The notes under the pieces were generated by a model. The model was not told the DNA's origin. It did not search any database and saw nothing but the letters and a program-made list of their open reading frames with translations. A stretch of 63,734 bases of DNA, counting the filler, from Octopus bimaculoides (Eukaryota), in the NCBI RefSeq assembly GCF_001194135.2. It is 6 parts of 6 records of this genome, joined end to end, with 100 filler letters (N's around TTAATTAATTAA, not from the genome) between each part and the next. Parts side by side here need not be neighbours in the genome. Positions count along the whole stretch, not along the records: positions 1 to 31,544 come from NC_068981.1; 5 more parts are not named here. One strand, 5' to 3'. The translations under genes were made by a program, and so were the position numbers. Below are positions 13,265-25,121 of this stretch, in pieces; the stretch's first letter is position 1, and each line of letters starts with the position of its first letter.

Positions 13265-14090
13265 TAAGGCTGCCCTTGTTCCGCTGTATTGCCCTGAGGT
13301 GCATTGTGAATTCCCAGGTCTGGCATTTCCGATGTTTATTCACAGAGGTGTCTGCCTGCATGTGTTCCTTAATTTGTATATGCAGTTTTCTTGTTGTGCT
13401 TCCTATGTAGGATGCAACACATTTACCACAGATGATCTTATATACAATATAGGTCCTCTGGCACAATTCAGGGCCATTGATGGGGCAGTTCAATAATGTG
13501 CACTCCTCGGAGTAGTGAGAGGTGTTGTTCTTGGACAGAGCTTTTTTCAGGGAAGGACCACCAGTGTGCACTATCTGTGTATCGAGTTCTTCCCTGCGGG
13601 CTGCGTGTTGTATCGCTGCAGTAGTTCTGTCGTCAAAGTGTGGTAGCTTTAGGAAGCACGTGCCGGACTTGGGAGTATGAGGGTTCTTCCGGGGTTTATT
13701 GACCCTGATGTTCTTCAGGTGGCGTTGTTTAGCAAAAGATGGTGGGTAGCCATTCAGGGTTAGGTCTTTGAGGAACTGTTTGGTGTTGACGGCTTTGTAA
13801 GTGACGTTGCTGCAATTGTTGTTTATACGTGCAATCTCGTTTCTCACGTTGGCGGCTTTGGCTCTGGTGGGTAAGGCTGATTGATAGTGAACGAAAAGTT
13901 TCCTACGAGTGGCTTTTCTGTAGAATTTGGTAAATATGAGGCTTTCTTTTGTGATCTTGAGTTGAAAGTCGAGTAGAGAGAGGGTTCCGGATTCGTCTGA
14001 ATGTTCAATCTCGAATTTGATGTTTATGTCGGTGTTTATGTCGGTGTATGTCAGTAACACTTACATAAACATCAAATTCGAGATGAACAT
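13265..14090 (-). mobile_element. Penelope-like element fragment (RT C-terminus/thumb plus GIY-YIG endonuclease)
   Basis: ORF 13113-14060: KFEIE..LSLLDF..FYRK.T..VHYQSALP..NGYP..LKLP, then IVYKIICGKCVASYIGSTTRKLHIQIKEH (GIY-YIG). Confidence 0.92.
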
Positions 14091-15042
14091 TGAAACTTCA
14101 CGGAATGAACATTGAAACTTGCAGTCATATATTTCGCTTGCCAGAACAGCATTCTAAAACACCTTTTAAATGAATACCATCAAAGAAAAAGAGAAAGGGT
14201 GATAGACCAAAAAATACATGGCACAGAACATTCATAACTGACATGAGATCGCCTGGGCAGATGTAAAGGAAACGACAGCCAACAGAAGTTTCTGTTCCCA
14301 TTTTTTACCTAGATAATAATATCAACATGCTTTTATCTTCGGTTAGCTATTTTTTAACCTTATAATAGCTATTTTATCATAGCTTTATATTAAATACCAA
14401 TGTCATTGTAAATACATTTATTGGATGTCTTATTTTGTTTGATAAATTCTAAACGCTAACATTAATTGTCATGTTTTATCCTCTCTATCTATTCTTGCTA
14501 ATGTACTTAATTAGGATTTGAATATATTGCAACTGTTTAATTGCTTAACTAGCTAAGGGCTTCGTAGTTATTATCTAACAAATTTAAATCCAGTTTCGGT
14601 TATTATATTTATATGAATATCATTTCGTATTTTTATTTTTCTCATGTTTGAAAGTTATACTGTATTGAGTTTTTTTTTTTTTTTTATTGCTAATATTTGT
14701 AAATTATTCCCTTCGGGTAATTATTTTATTTCTAATTCCACATTAAGTTTATTTTGCTCATTTTCCGAATATCTTTCTCTCATAATTCGAAGTGCTTTCT
14801 TTATTTTAAGCCAATTTCTCTGCTTAATTTGGGTACCATTCTTAAAAGTTTTCACGTGTTTATAGCCTCCACCATTCAGCCTGATGACATCTCTGGCGGG
14901 TATCGTTTGATCTTCACATACATATTTGTTGAGTTTATTTTCGTATTCATGGGCTTTGTGAATTTACTGTGTTCTTTCATTAATGGCAGTCTCATTTTTT
15001 TTTGGGGGGGGGGATAATAATAATAATAATTATTATTATTAA

Positions 15043-15530
15043 GGCGGCGAATCGTTAGCACGTGGACGAAATGCTTAACGGTATTTCGCCCGTCGCTACG
15101 TTCTGAGTTCAAATTCCACCGAGGTCGATGATTTTTGCCTTTCATCCTTTCGGGGTCGATAAATTAAGTACCAGTGAAACAGTGGGGACGATGTCATCAA
15201 CAAATATCCTCCCCACAAATTTGAGGCCTCGTGCCTCCGGTAGAAAGGATTATTATTATTCAAGCGGTGAGTCTGGCAGAATCTTTAGCACGCTGGACGA
15301 AATGCTTGGCGGTTTTTCGCCTGTCGCAACGTTTTGAGTTCAAATTCCGCCGAAGTCGACTTTGCCTTTCATCTTTTCGGGGTCGATAAATTAAGTATCA
15401 GTTGAATACTTGGGTCGGTGTAATCGACTGCCCCCCTCTCCCTCCAAATTTCAGGCTTTGTGCTTATAGTCAAAAGGATTATTATTATTATTATTATTAT
15501 TATCATTATTGTTATTATTATTATTATTAG
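15043..15530 (+). mobile_element. Two SINE family A copies in tandem, embedded in (TAA/TTA)n
   Basis: Heads at 15043 and about 15263; each ends AGAAAGG or CAAAAGG followed by (ATT)n. Confidence 0.9.
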
Positions 15531-15748
15531 CTTCTCTTTATCGCAAGTTTTGCTGGAAATCCTGGAGTCTTGCATGCGTAGCGGTCTTACAACTTACCTC
15601 TTCCCCATGTATCAATCATTGCTTATTTCTGCTGGGCATTCTCCTTTACAGAGCCTTCCATTGTTCTGTTCTGTTGGAGTTATATGTTCGTGAGTGTAGG
15701 TCTGATCTCCATCCTCAGCATCTATTTAGTAATACTAATGTATATATA

Positions 15749-16140
15749 GGCGCAGGAGCGACTATGTGGTAAGTAGCTTGCTTACCAACCACGTGGTTCC
15801 GAGTTCAGTCCAACATTGTGCAACCTTGGGCAAGAGTCTTCTTCTATATCCTCGGGACGACCAAAGCCTTGTGAGTGGATTTGGTAGACGGAAACTGAAA
15901 GAAGCCCGTCGTATATATGTATATATATATGTTTGTGAGTCTGTGTTTGACCCCGCACCATCGCTTGACGACAGATTTTGGTCTGTTTACGTCCCCGTAA
16001 CATAGCGGTTCGGCAAAAAAGTCCAATAAAATAAGTACTAGGCTTACAGAGAATAAGTACTGGGGTCGATTTGTTCGACTGAAAGTTGTGCTCCAGCTTG
16101 GCTGCAATCAAATGACTGAAACAAATACACGAATAAAAGA
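15749..16140 (+). mobile_element. SINE family B, full length
   Basis: GGCGCAGGAGCGACTATGTGGTAAG head through GACTGAAACA..AATAAAAGA tail; matches 10513-10925. Confidence 0.92.
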
Positions 16141-17166
16141 ATATATTTTTCATTTGATTTCAGTCTTTCTTTACACATGATATATGTACTTTAATAGTCA
16201 TATCTATTGGGGGGTTTCGGACTGCGTAATACCGTTGTTTAATTTTTATTTGTAATTTCATTCTGTATTGATATGTTTTTTACCCTGTTATTTGTTTCGA
16301 TCTTCTTATTTATTTGCTTACGTTAGACTGTATGTCTCTATCTAAATTTTATTCAGATGTGGATAACTTATTCTCCAATGATCACGTGTATCATGCTTTG
16401 GTTGCAGTACGAATGGCTGTAAAATATTCATAAAGCGCAGAAAACATTTCTCTTTCCTGTCAATTTATGATTTACAGTTTTATTAGAAGAACTTAAGGAT
16501 CGATCGATGTACCTGCATTTATATTGTGATTATTCTTTTCTCTCATTTACTTGATGTTTTAATACATGTTAAGTATTAACTTCTAAGTATGCATTTTGCA
16601 TCTAATATGTCGATGAATATGGTTTTCATTTGGATTGTTTACCATGTTTTATTTATAACTAAAAATTATTGATTTTACTTTTTGTTTAGTCAGCAAGTCT
16701 CTTCTTGTTGTTTCGTCGCTTTAGATAATCTCTCACTGATCAGAAAAATGTTACGTTGTCAGACGGCCGAATGACTTGGTGGGATCTCCAGAACTTTAGC
16801 TCAGACAATAGCATCCGATTGTAAATTCTGACACTCAGAGGTGGTGCTGTGTTTTAGTATGTGGTAGTTGTCCACTAAAAGTATCTGCACACTTCACTAA
16901 TCTTCTAGAAATAGAAGCCAACCTACTCTGAAATATTAGACTATCATCTTAAAAATTGTAAAATACTTTGAATAATACTTTGCAGCGGTTATTATTTGTT
17001 TTACTCCATTTTATACCAGATGGAGCCAAACTAAGATCAAAGGTATTTCATTCATTTCTATCCAGTCTTTTTGTATATCAGCTTCTGCACTGCTTAAGGT
17101 GTCTTTCCTTATTTAAGTTCGCATAAACTTACTTCGATTTTCTTTACAAACATTAGCAAATACAGC

Positions 17167-17490
17167 TTATTACCTCGGCCTTAGCGGAGGTATTGTTTTC
17201 AGTCGTGTTTGTTTGTTTGTTTGTTTGTTTGTCCATGGACAAGATATCTCAAGAACCGCTGGAGCGATTCGGATGAAACGTTCACAGATGTTTGACCTCG
17301 TGACTAGCACGAACTGATTAGATTTTGTTATCGATCCGGTATTGGACAAGGATTTTGGATTATTTTTCCTGTTTGTGAGAGAAGTCGAGTTTATTTCAGA
17401 TATTCTCATTTTGAAAATCATCTCTGGCTAATCGTTGAGAGGACTTTGGTGTTGCTTTGGGGAGGTTTGCGCTCTCTGAGTGCTCTTGTT
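17167..17490 (+). mobile_element. Non-autonomous Helentron-associated element (HINE/DINE-1-like)
   Basis: 5' TTATTACCTCGGCC..GCGGAGGT subterminal inverted repeat, internal (GTTT)n, 3' TTGGGGAGGT followed by hairpin GCGCTC-TCT-GAGTGC and a T-rich end. Confidence 0.7.
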
Positions 17491-18788
17491 AGAGATTAAG
17501 TTTAATAAAATTGAACATGTTAATTCGTAGATTTTGATGAGCATTTCCCCTGATATTGTTTTGCACACGATAATGGGTAATTCAAGGCATTTGAAACTAC
17601 ATTGTGGCTATTCATTATTTCGCCATCTATATTTTCTTCTTGTCTATTTCTTGGGCTCTTATATAACAGAACAGTGCGTAGCGTTTCGAAGCGAATAATT
17701 ATCAGTAACTAGGAATAATTCTTTTTTCCGTGTTTACCGTAGATGTCTAATTTCCGTTTCATAATACTAGCTCTTATAAATCAAAGAAATGTTCTTAAGG
17801 TATTCTCTGTTAATATCTTTCACTTTTTATGACCGTTGGTCTCATCTATAAGCACCAATTCCTAATGATACTACTAGTATTTATATTACATGCGTACGCG
17901 TATAATATCAAGACTTTCATATATCTCAACAGTTAATGGAATATCAATGATTGTACACAACTATATGTCTTGTCAACAGCAACTATAAGAAAGCTTTTCT
18001 TGGTATGGTCACAGTGTCTGTTGAAAGCATTATTAATTTCCTCATATCCATAGCTGTGTGGGAAAAGAGAGATAGAGATAGAGAGAGAGAGGAGAGAGAT
18101 AGGGGAAAAGACACAGCTACAAAGGCGTAATTGATTACATGTAAAAGAGAAATGGGAATAGATATTCATCTGTAGTGCATTATGTCCTTGAATAATGAAG
18201 ATATTACTATTTGTTTTGAAATAAAGGCAGTATTAATTATGTATTTACAGTGGCTGGATGAAAATTAGCTTTATCAATCGAATACTCTTGTGCATTTTAC
18301 TCTCCAACATTCAAAGTCTCTCCAAATGATATGCATCAATCTCACTGATTATCTTTCTTTACGATTTCACATCCATAACAGAACAGAAAATGGCAGAAGA
18401 TATGTCAGCTTCCAACAGTTCTACAAAGCTCAACTGAAAATAATGTGAAATTACTCCGTGTTGCATAGAGACACTACCTCATACGGATATCCAAACCACA
18501 TTTAAAACTACTACTCGGCTTACTGGAATGGACGAATTCACCAACACACGCCAGTCACTGCCCCACAGATTTAACGTCACCTCACGCTGCTTTTTATGCT
18601 GTTATTACAGTTGCCGCTTCTGTTCAGAGCTGGCTGGGGCCAACTCTAAACCAGGCGAACCTGACTCATTTGCCTTTCTTCTCGCCATCCATATTATCTT
18701 TACGCCCTGCAGCTCTCTACTAATTCCCAATCCTCCAGTCAATGGGAATTCTCCATTTGTCTATGTTTTCTTAGCAATTGTTCTAGAG

Positions 18789-19127
18789 CAGGGGTTCTCG
18801 ACCATTTATCTATGGAGACTTTTGATTACTGTTTCATTTTGTTGGACCCCACTAGCCAGTTGATGTTTAAAAACTAGTGTTATAGAAACTTCTTTCGGAA
18901 TTCCTATTTTGTTTCTCGTACATTAATTTGTGTAAGTTGAATTATGCAAAACGTTACAGAAAGAAACCTAGCTGTTTCTTGCAATACATACCGATACGTA
19001 TCAATACATGCACCTAAAGCAGAATTCTTTCAAGGGTCCTTAAAAAAAACTATCGTGGTTTCCCAATTAAGTACATTGTTACGTGAATCCCCTAAAATTT
19101 GATATAAATCCCCATTGAGAACCACTG
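18789..19127. mobile_element. hAT (Charlie-like) MITE
   Basis: TIRs CAGGGGTTCTCGA / TTGAGAACCACTG; 8-bp TSD TTCTAGAG / TTCTGGAG (7/8). Confidence 0.85.
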
Positions 19128-19564
19128 TTCTGGAGCATGTTTCCACTGATATCGAAGGGCCTGAGAAGGTCAAGGACACAATCCCTTCTTTTATACCGAA
19201 GTATTTTAAAAGACCCTAGTAACTAACTAGTGTGTCTTGATTTCACAAATGCTGCAAATCTCACTACTTGTGTCCAAGACAGATAATTTCTGCTTCGTTA
19301 ATCAGTTTACACGAGTCTAATCGACTCACCTGGGATGTAAGAATAGAAGATAGAGGTGCTATAACTGATACATTGATTAGATGTACTAATTATATATTTA
19401 AAAATCCTGACCAAAATATACACTGAAATTTTGAGTCTTAGCCAGTTTGGCGCAGTTAGAATTGAATATACGTTAACGCTTTTGGCAAAGGCTACCTAAG
19501 GCAAACTATGTTGCATGTTAAATCACAAAACATATCACATCATCGGTACTAGTGATACTGGGCT

Positions 19565-19690
19565 ATTGACTTGTATAAGTCCCCTTGCGCCAATGAATCG
19601 CGCGTTTTATGGTCACACGTAGTGTAAAGAGAAGAGATGTTTCTGGAATTCGAAGTAAAACAGCGATAAGCATATTGACATTCGGGTCTG
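19565..19690 (+). repeat. Family H1 repeat body lacking the hammerhead
   Basis: TCCCCTT..CCAATGAATCGCGCGTTTTATG..CACGTAG..ACAGCGAT..CATATTGAC aligns with the minus strand of 3590-3700. Confidence 0.6.
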
Positions 19691-19696
19691 CCACAT

Positions 19697-19894
19697 ATTG
19701 GTTTCAAATTTAGGCACAAGGCCAGTAATTCCGAGAGAGTGGGTAAGTCGGTTATATCGACTGCTGTGCTCAACTCGTACTTATTTTATCCACCCCGAAA
19801 TGATGAAAGGCAAAGTAAATCTCGGAACGTAAAGACGCCCGAAATACCGCTAAGCATTTTGCCCGCGAGCAAACGATTCTATCAGCTCACCGCC
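19697..19894 (-). mobile_element. SINE family A
   Basis: Reverse complement of the family A consensus. Confidence 0.8.
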
Positions 19895-20074
19895 CTATTC
19901 TGTCAGAACGTATTAAAAATGAATAGATATGGTATTGTTTAGTTTCTCGTTGTTTTGCTTGTTCCCAATGAATCATTACCGGTCTGTTAGATATCATGTA
20001 TCAGCAAATAATTAGTTTGCAGCTTTCTATAAACAAGGGCCATTACTCTCGTTTACATTTATTGATCCGAGATA

Positions 20075-20127
20075 GCTTTGACTGGAGAAACACACAACGG
20101 TGTTGAAACACCACGGTGTCTCAAAGC
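20075..20127 (+). ncRNA. Type I hammerhead ribozyme (family H1, copy 2), core A6 to G
   Basis: gctttga CTGGAGA aacac-acaacg-gtgtt GAAAC accacggt GTC tcaaagc. Perfect 7-bp stem I, 5-bp stem II, 5-bp stem III, GUC triplet; one core substitution. Confidence 0.75.
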
Positions 20128-22876
20128 CCACTTAAGTAATGAATCGCAAATGTTATGAACACACACCGTCTAAAATCAGATGTTCTTAGAAGACGAAGTC
20201 AACACTGTTCAACATATCCACGTTCGAAGTAATCAGAGCGTATTAAAAATGGATGCGCTATTGTTAAAACATGTTCCTTCTCTGGAATGTCGAGGTTAAG
20301 CATGTAATCAGCTACTGACTCGTTATATTCATTATATATTGGATGGTAAGAAACAATAGCATGTTAATAAAGCTATTTACCATCATATGAGAGATAAGCT
20401 TTTACACCGCTTCTTATCATTTTGCTCTGTATCCTCAACAGGATATTATCAGCGTAAAATCGACGTACAGCGCATTATACAACAGAAGCTTAATTATAGT
20501 CGTTGAATACCACAAAATTTCAAAGTTGTATCATCTTTCAACTTAGGATTCAATGTAGATGGTATATATTCAGTGCATTCAATCCCGTTTAGGTAGATAA
20601 TGTGATTAAAACAAAGATTAATATTAATGATTATATTTTCACTGATATCATTTTCAAATATCAAACTCCGTAGGGATGCTTTCGCAAATACATTATTTTT
20701 ATAATTGTTGTTTCATGAATAGAAATATTGCCAACGTACATTTTATGATTGCAACTTAACTTAATTGTGTTTTAAGGTCATCATTTATTTCATCTGGAAG
20801 TATAGCGAACGATTTATTTTGTTTTTGTTTAGTTTTATATATTCCTTTTCGGCGGTTTCGCGTGTTGCTTACTAAAATGAAAATAATTCTGAATCAAACA
20901 TTTCCCTCTTAAGAAAATAACTTGGGATTATTTTAAGAAGAAAACTAGTATCTGATAAATCTGATTCTATCCATATAAAAGCTTTAAGGAATTGAAATTC
21001 TTGTGTGCATAAAATTAAATTTAATTTAAAGCACACGAACGTTTCAACTATTTAATTAAAATTCTAGGATGTACGCACATCCTAATCAAGACAGTTTAAT
21101 TAGCTATCAGAAAATTGGTGGCGTCATTTATTCTGTTTAAGAATTATTGTGAATCAATTAATATAATTAGATTAGGCCTTATTTTTGTAAATGAATGCAT
21201 TTTTACGAACTCATCAATCGTGCGTTTGTCTTGCATTGACATTCATAACACACAGAAAAAAAAAAGATGCACCGAATGAATTCTCTTTGGATAGATGATT
21301 GATTACAGCTCTTCAAAATAGATTGAGATTAAAATTTACAATTAAAACCAAATTCTTCAAAAGAATTATTTTCTGTTTCTTATTTAACATAAGAAAGTAC
21401 TAGAGAAATAAAACCTGTTACAGAAATTAGATATTTTTCTTAGCTAATCTATATTTAAGATATAAAAGTACTAATTTATTCTTTTCCCGATTAAGTCATT
21501 TGAAATCTGAAACAATGAAATAATTGAATGGTATCATAGATCGCTATTTCACCCTTTTTTCTTTCTTTTTTTTTCTTTTTTCTCAAATACTTTCTACCAT
21601 ACTCGACCTCGCAAGCGGGAACTTATAAACTCATATTGTGGAGCTTATTACGTTGCAAATATATTATTAAGTTATCTAAAGCCACTACGCAACATGCATA
21701 TCCAAAACGTCTGCTAATTTGAATATAAATTTATTGTATCTCCTTTTATAATGGCAAGGCCTTAAACGTGCATAAAAGTAATATTCTTCGTGTTGTAGTT
21801 GCTTCTGTTGGTATTTTTGTAGTTATTGTTTGTAGTGCTAGCGGCAGTGGATGGCTGTTCTCTTGCTGTAGGCAAAATTAAGGTGGTTTTTGACACCACA
21901 TATCAAGTCTAACCCTCTAAGCTAAGTAACTTGTAGCAGGCTGATTGACTCGGGGATAATTTCGAGTTTTTCCAGGTCAGACTGGATCAAAAACCCTTTG
22001 CTGTCTCCTATGATGTTTCACACTTTCTGTATCTCTGAGATGGTTGGTTCATTAGCATTGACTCACATAACCACCGTCATTCATCAGATGCTTCTGACGA
22101 CCGAATCATCACTCTCAACTTCATCACTGGCCAACCTGTACCTGCGGTCTGACTTAAATTATAATCTCTTAAATTCGGTAATGGAGTGACTCCTTGCTCG
22201 AACTTCAGAAGCGAATGTGACGTCTACGGTGCTGTATTACCTACTACGAGCGATGAACAAGTTTTGTTTCCAGTTATCTTTCCATTTATGCAAGCGTCAC
22301 TTTCATCACTTTTCGACCCTTTACGCTTAGATAGCGATAGATTTCTGTATATGTTTTTGTCTGTCTTTCTTCCTTTTGTCGAGGAGTTTGCCAGCTTCTT
22401 TACTACTTCTAGCTGTATTGTTAGTTTCTTGATAACTCTTATCGAAGAAGTAGCTGCTTTTTGTATACGTTGTTGTTGACATTTTCGTTGAGGCTGCTGC
22501 CTTCGCTGGTGACCGACGCAGTGACCGTAGCAGAAACGATACTGGTTTAGCAGAAATGGTGGTTAGCGTACTGTTCATAGTCGGTGGTGGATGATGGTGG
22601 TAGTGGTTATGGTGGTTGATTTCTTTTCAGTTGACTTGTTGCCCAGATGACATCGTAGGTGGCATTATAGTATTTTATTCTTTCGCGTCGCTTCTGATGC
22701 TGGTGTCATCGTCGTCATCCGTCATCATTGTTTTCCTTGAAACTGGTACAGCCAGAAAATTCATTTGTTTCAATGTTACGACGCGGACGGTTCTCTGTAA
22801 TTGGTTGATGTTATTGATCTTTTTTTTGTTATTGCTGTTTTTTTTCAGTTGTTGTTGCTGACACTGTTGTATGTGC

Positions 22877-22924
<48 letters not shown>

Positions 22925-23047
22925 NNNNNNNNNNNNNNNNNNNNNNNNNNNNNNNNNNNNNNNNNNNNNNNNNNNNNNNNNNNNNNNNNNNNNNNNNNNN
23001 NNNNNNNNNNNNNNNNNNNNNNNNNNNNNNNNNNNNNNNNNNNNNNN

Positions 23048-23200
23048 TTTTAACGATGCATACTGCCTTAATTCTTCGAAACGCCGGAGTTTTAATGGTG
23101 GCAGCTGATGAAGGGGATGTTTCTATGTGGCCTGCTTGTTTGTTGCACCTTGTTTACCATTTTGTCCTTGTTCTTTTGCCACGTCATGTACCCAGTTATG
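23048..23200 (+). repeat. Short dispersed repeat family P with hammerhead-like motifs
   Basis: TTTTAACGA..TTCGAAACGCCGGAGT..GGCAGCTGATGAAGGGGA..TGTACCC; related copies at 37385-37525 (-) and 50660-50900 (+). Confidence 0.6.
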
Positions 23201-23268
23201 TATCTATATGTACATGTAGATGAACGTATATACATACATGTACATATATGTGCATATACTCATATATT

Positions 23269-23309
<41 letters not shown>

Positions 23310-23595
23310 GCGGTGTATGGGTATGTGTACGTCTGTGTGTGCGGATATGTATATGTGTACATGTGTATGCTTGCATATATATGTGCACATATAGGCGTGT
23401 GTGTGGGTCTTTAATACTATCATTATTATTTGTTATGGTGTGTGATGTTATATTTGAATTTGTAGTGGAATCATTTATAATAGTATTAGATATATTAACT
23501 GTTTGTATGTTATTATTGTTATTAGATTGTGTTATTGGATTATCCAAAGCATATTGTATAGTTAGTGATGTATGATTATTGGAATTTTGCTGCTC

Positions 23596-24222
23596 TTATA
23601 ATATTTCGTTACTCTTATAATTTTGAGATTTCGTTACTGTTATAATATTGCTATGTGTTCTCGTAATGATATCTATTGAACAAGTTTTATGTTGAGTATT
23701 ATTTAGTGTTCTAGGACTGTTGTCTATTTCATTACCAGCATTATTGTTGTTGTTATTATTTCTTAAACTATTTTTATATTTATTAAGTATTCGTCTATTA
23801 GAGCTGGCGATAATTGATCCTATGTTCGGTAATGTAGAAAAAGATATTTTAATTGTTGATCTCTTAAATATATGGTGATACTTATGATTATTAGGAAAGT
23901 TATTTTTGATTATGTTTAGAAATTCTTTTGCTAACCCTTTAACATTTATTGAAAATTGGCGTTTGTACCAAATAATTTCCCTATTTCTGCTCCTACTAGG
24001 TAATTTATTATAGTTATACACTGAGTTTGGAATTTGCATAGTATTTCCTATATGTTTATTGTTATTGCTATATTTGGTTCTCAGTCTACCATAGTATTTT
24101 CTAGTCTTTTTGTCATGTTTTACGGAGGTTTCATTGTTTTGAATTGATTGAATATTGTTGTTATAGGTGAGGTTATTTATATTTTTTAGTTTAGTATTAT
24201 GTGTTATTTGGTTTAGTTTCAT
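23596..24222 (-). mobile_element. Penelope-like element fragment (linker upstream of GIY-YIG)
   Basis: RNREIIWYKRQFSINVKGLAKEFLNIIKNNFPNNHKYHHIFKRSTIKISFSTLPNIGSIIASSN matches the PLE IIW(F/Y)NPPF..HKIFNR.TIK.SYS..PN motif. Confidence 0.85.
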
Positions 24223-24329
24223 TTGTGTAATATAAACCTTAAATTTAGTATCTTTTATATATTTAAAATTTTACTTAAGTCCACTTGCAGCCTCAAGCTT
24301 GATTATAATAGTTTGTGGGATTATTAAAT

Positions 24330-25121
24330 ATTTGTTGATGTTGATGGTCTGTCGTATCGGTCTGTGCAGGCAAAACCTAACGTCCGGATTGAACATCCGA
24401 ATGTGTCTCTGCTAAGTTTGTCCCCCGCCTGCTGACCACTGATCAGACATAACATAATGTCAAAGTTTGTAATGATCTCCGTTAGCATGTTACTGATGAC
24501 CCATCGTTTATGTTGAGGATCATCTGCGGTGACGAGAGTTGGGTCTACGGGTACGACTCTGAGATGAAACAACAGTCGTCACAACGGAAGAGCTCTTCAT
24601 TTCCACAACTGAAGAAGGCACAGCAGAACCGCATCTCAATCAAGAACATGCTAGAGTTTTATTGCAACGCTTTGAAGCGTTTTTTTAGGGAGAACATTCG
24701 GAGAAAGCGATTGGATCTACGGAGAGCGAAGAATTGGATTCTTCAGGACGACAATGCATCCTGTCATCGAGATCTCCTCACTCGTGAGTTTCTAGCCCAA
24801 AACAACATGGTGTCGCTTCTGTACCCATCCTATTCACCAGACTTAGCATCTGTTAACTTCCATCTCTTCCCGAAGATGAAAGGACAGCTTAAAGGTGACC
24901 GTTTTATCACGGTTGTCGAGATCAAGAGTGAATCGCAGAAGGTCCTAGATTCACTTACGGAAAACGTCTTTCAGGCTGGATTCCAAAAGTGACAGAAACG
25001 CTAGGACCGGTGTATTGCTGCGCAAGGTGATTATTTCAAAGATGATGTTAAAACTTAGGTAAATAAGTTATGTTTTTTATTAAATATAACTCGTCCGGAA
25101 ACTTTTTCACACCACCTCATG
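24330..25121 (+). mobile_element. Decayed mariner (DD34D) transposon, right part with TIR
   Basis: SAKFVPRLLT..GDESWVYGYD..LQDDNASCH..YPSYSPDLASVNFHLFPKMK (third catalytic D replaced by N; internal deletion). TIR-like CCGGAAACTTTTTCACACCACCTCATG followed by TA. Confidence 0.92.

Noticed and set aside
15598-15722. Minus-strand AG..GTAAGT exon-like segment
   Set aside because: Stop codons in all three frames; could only be non-coding.
22186-22861. Hydrophobic plus-strand ORFs resembling membrane proteins
   Set aside because: Antisense artefact of an A-rich minus strand; short and without homology.
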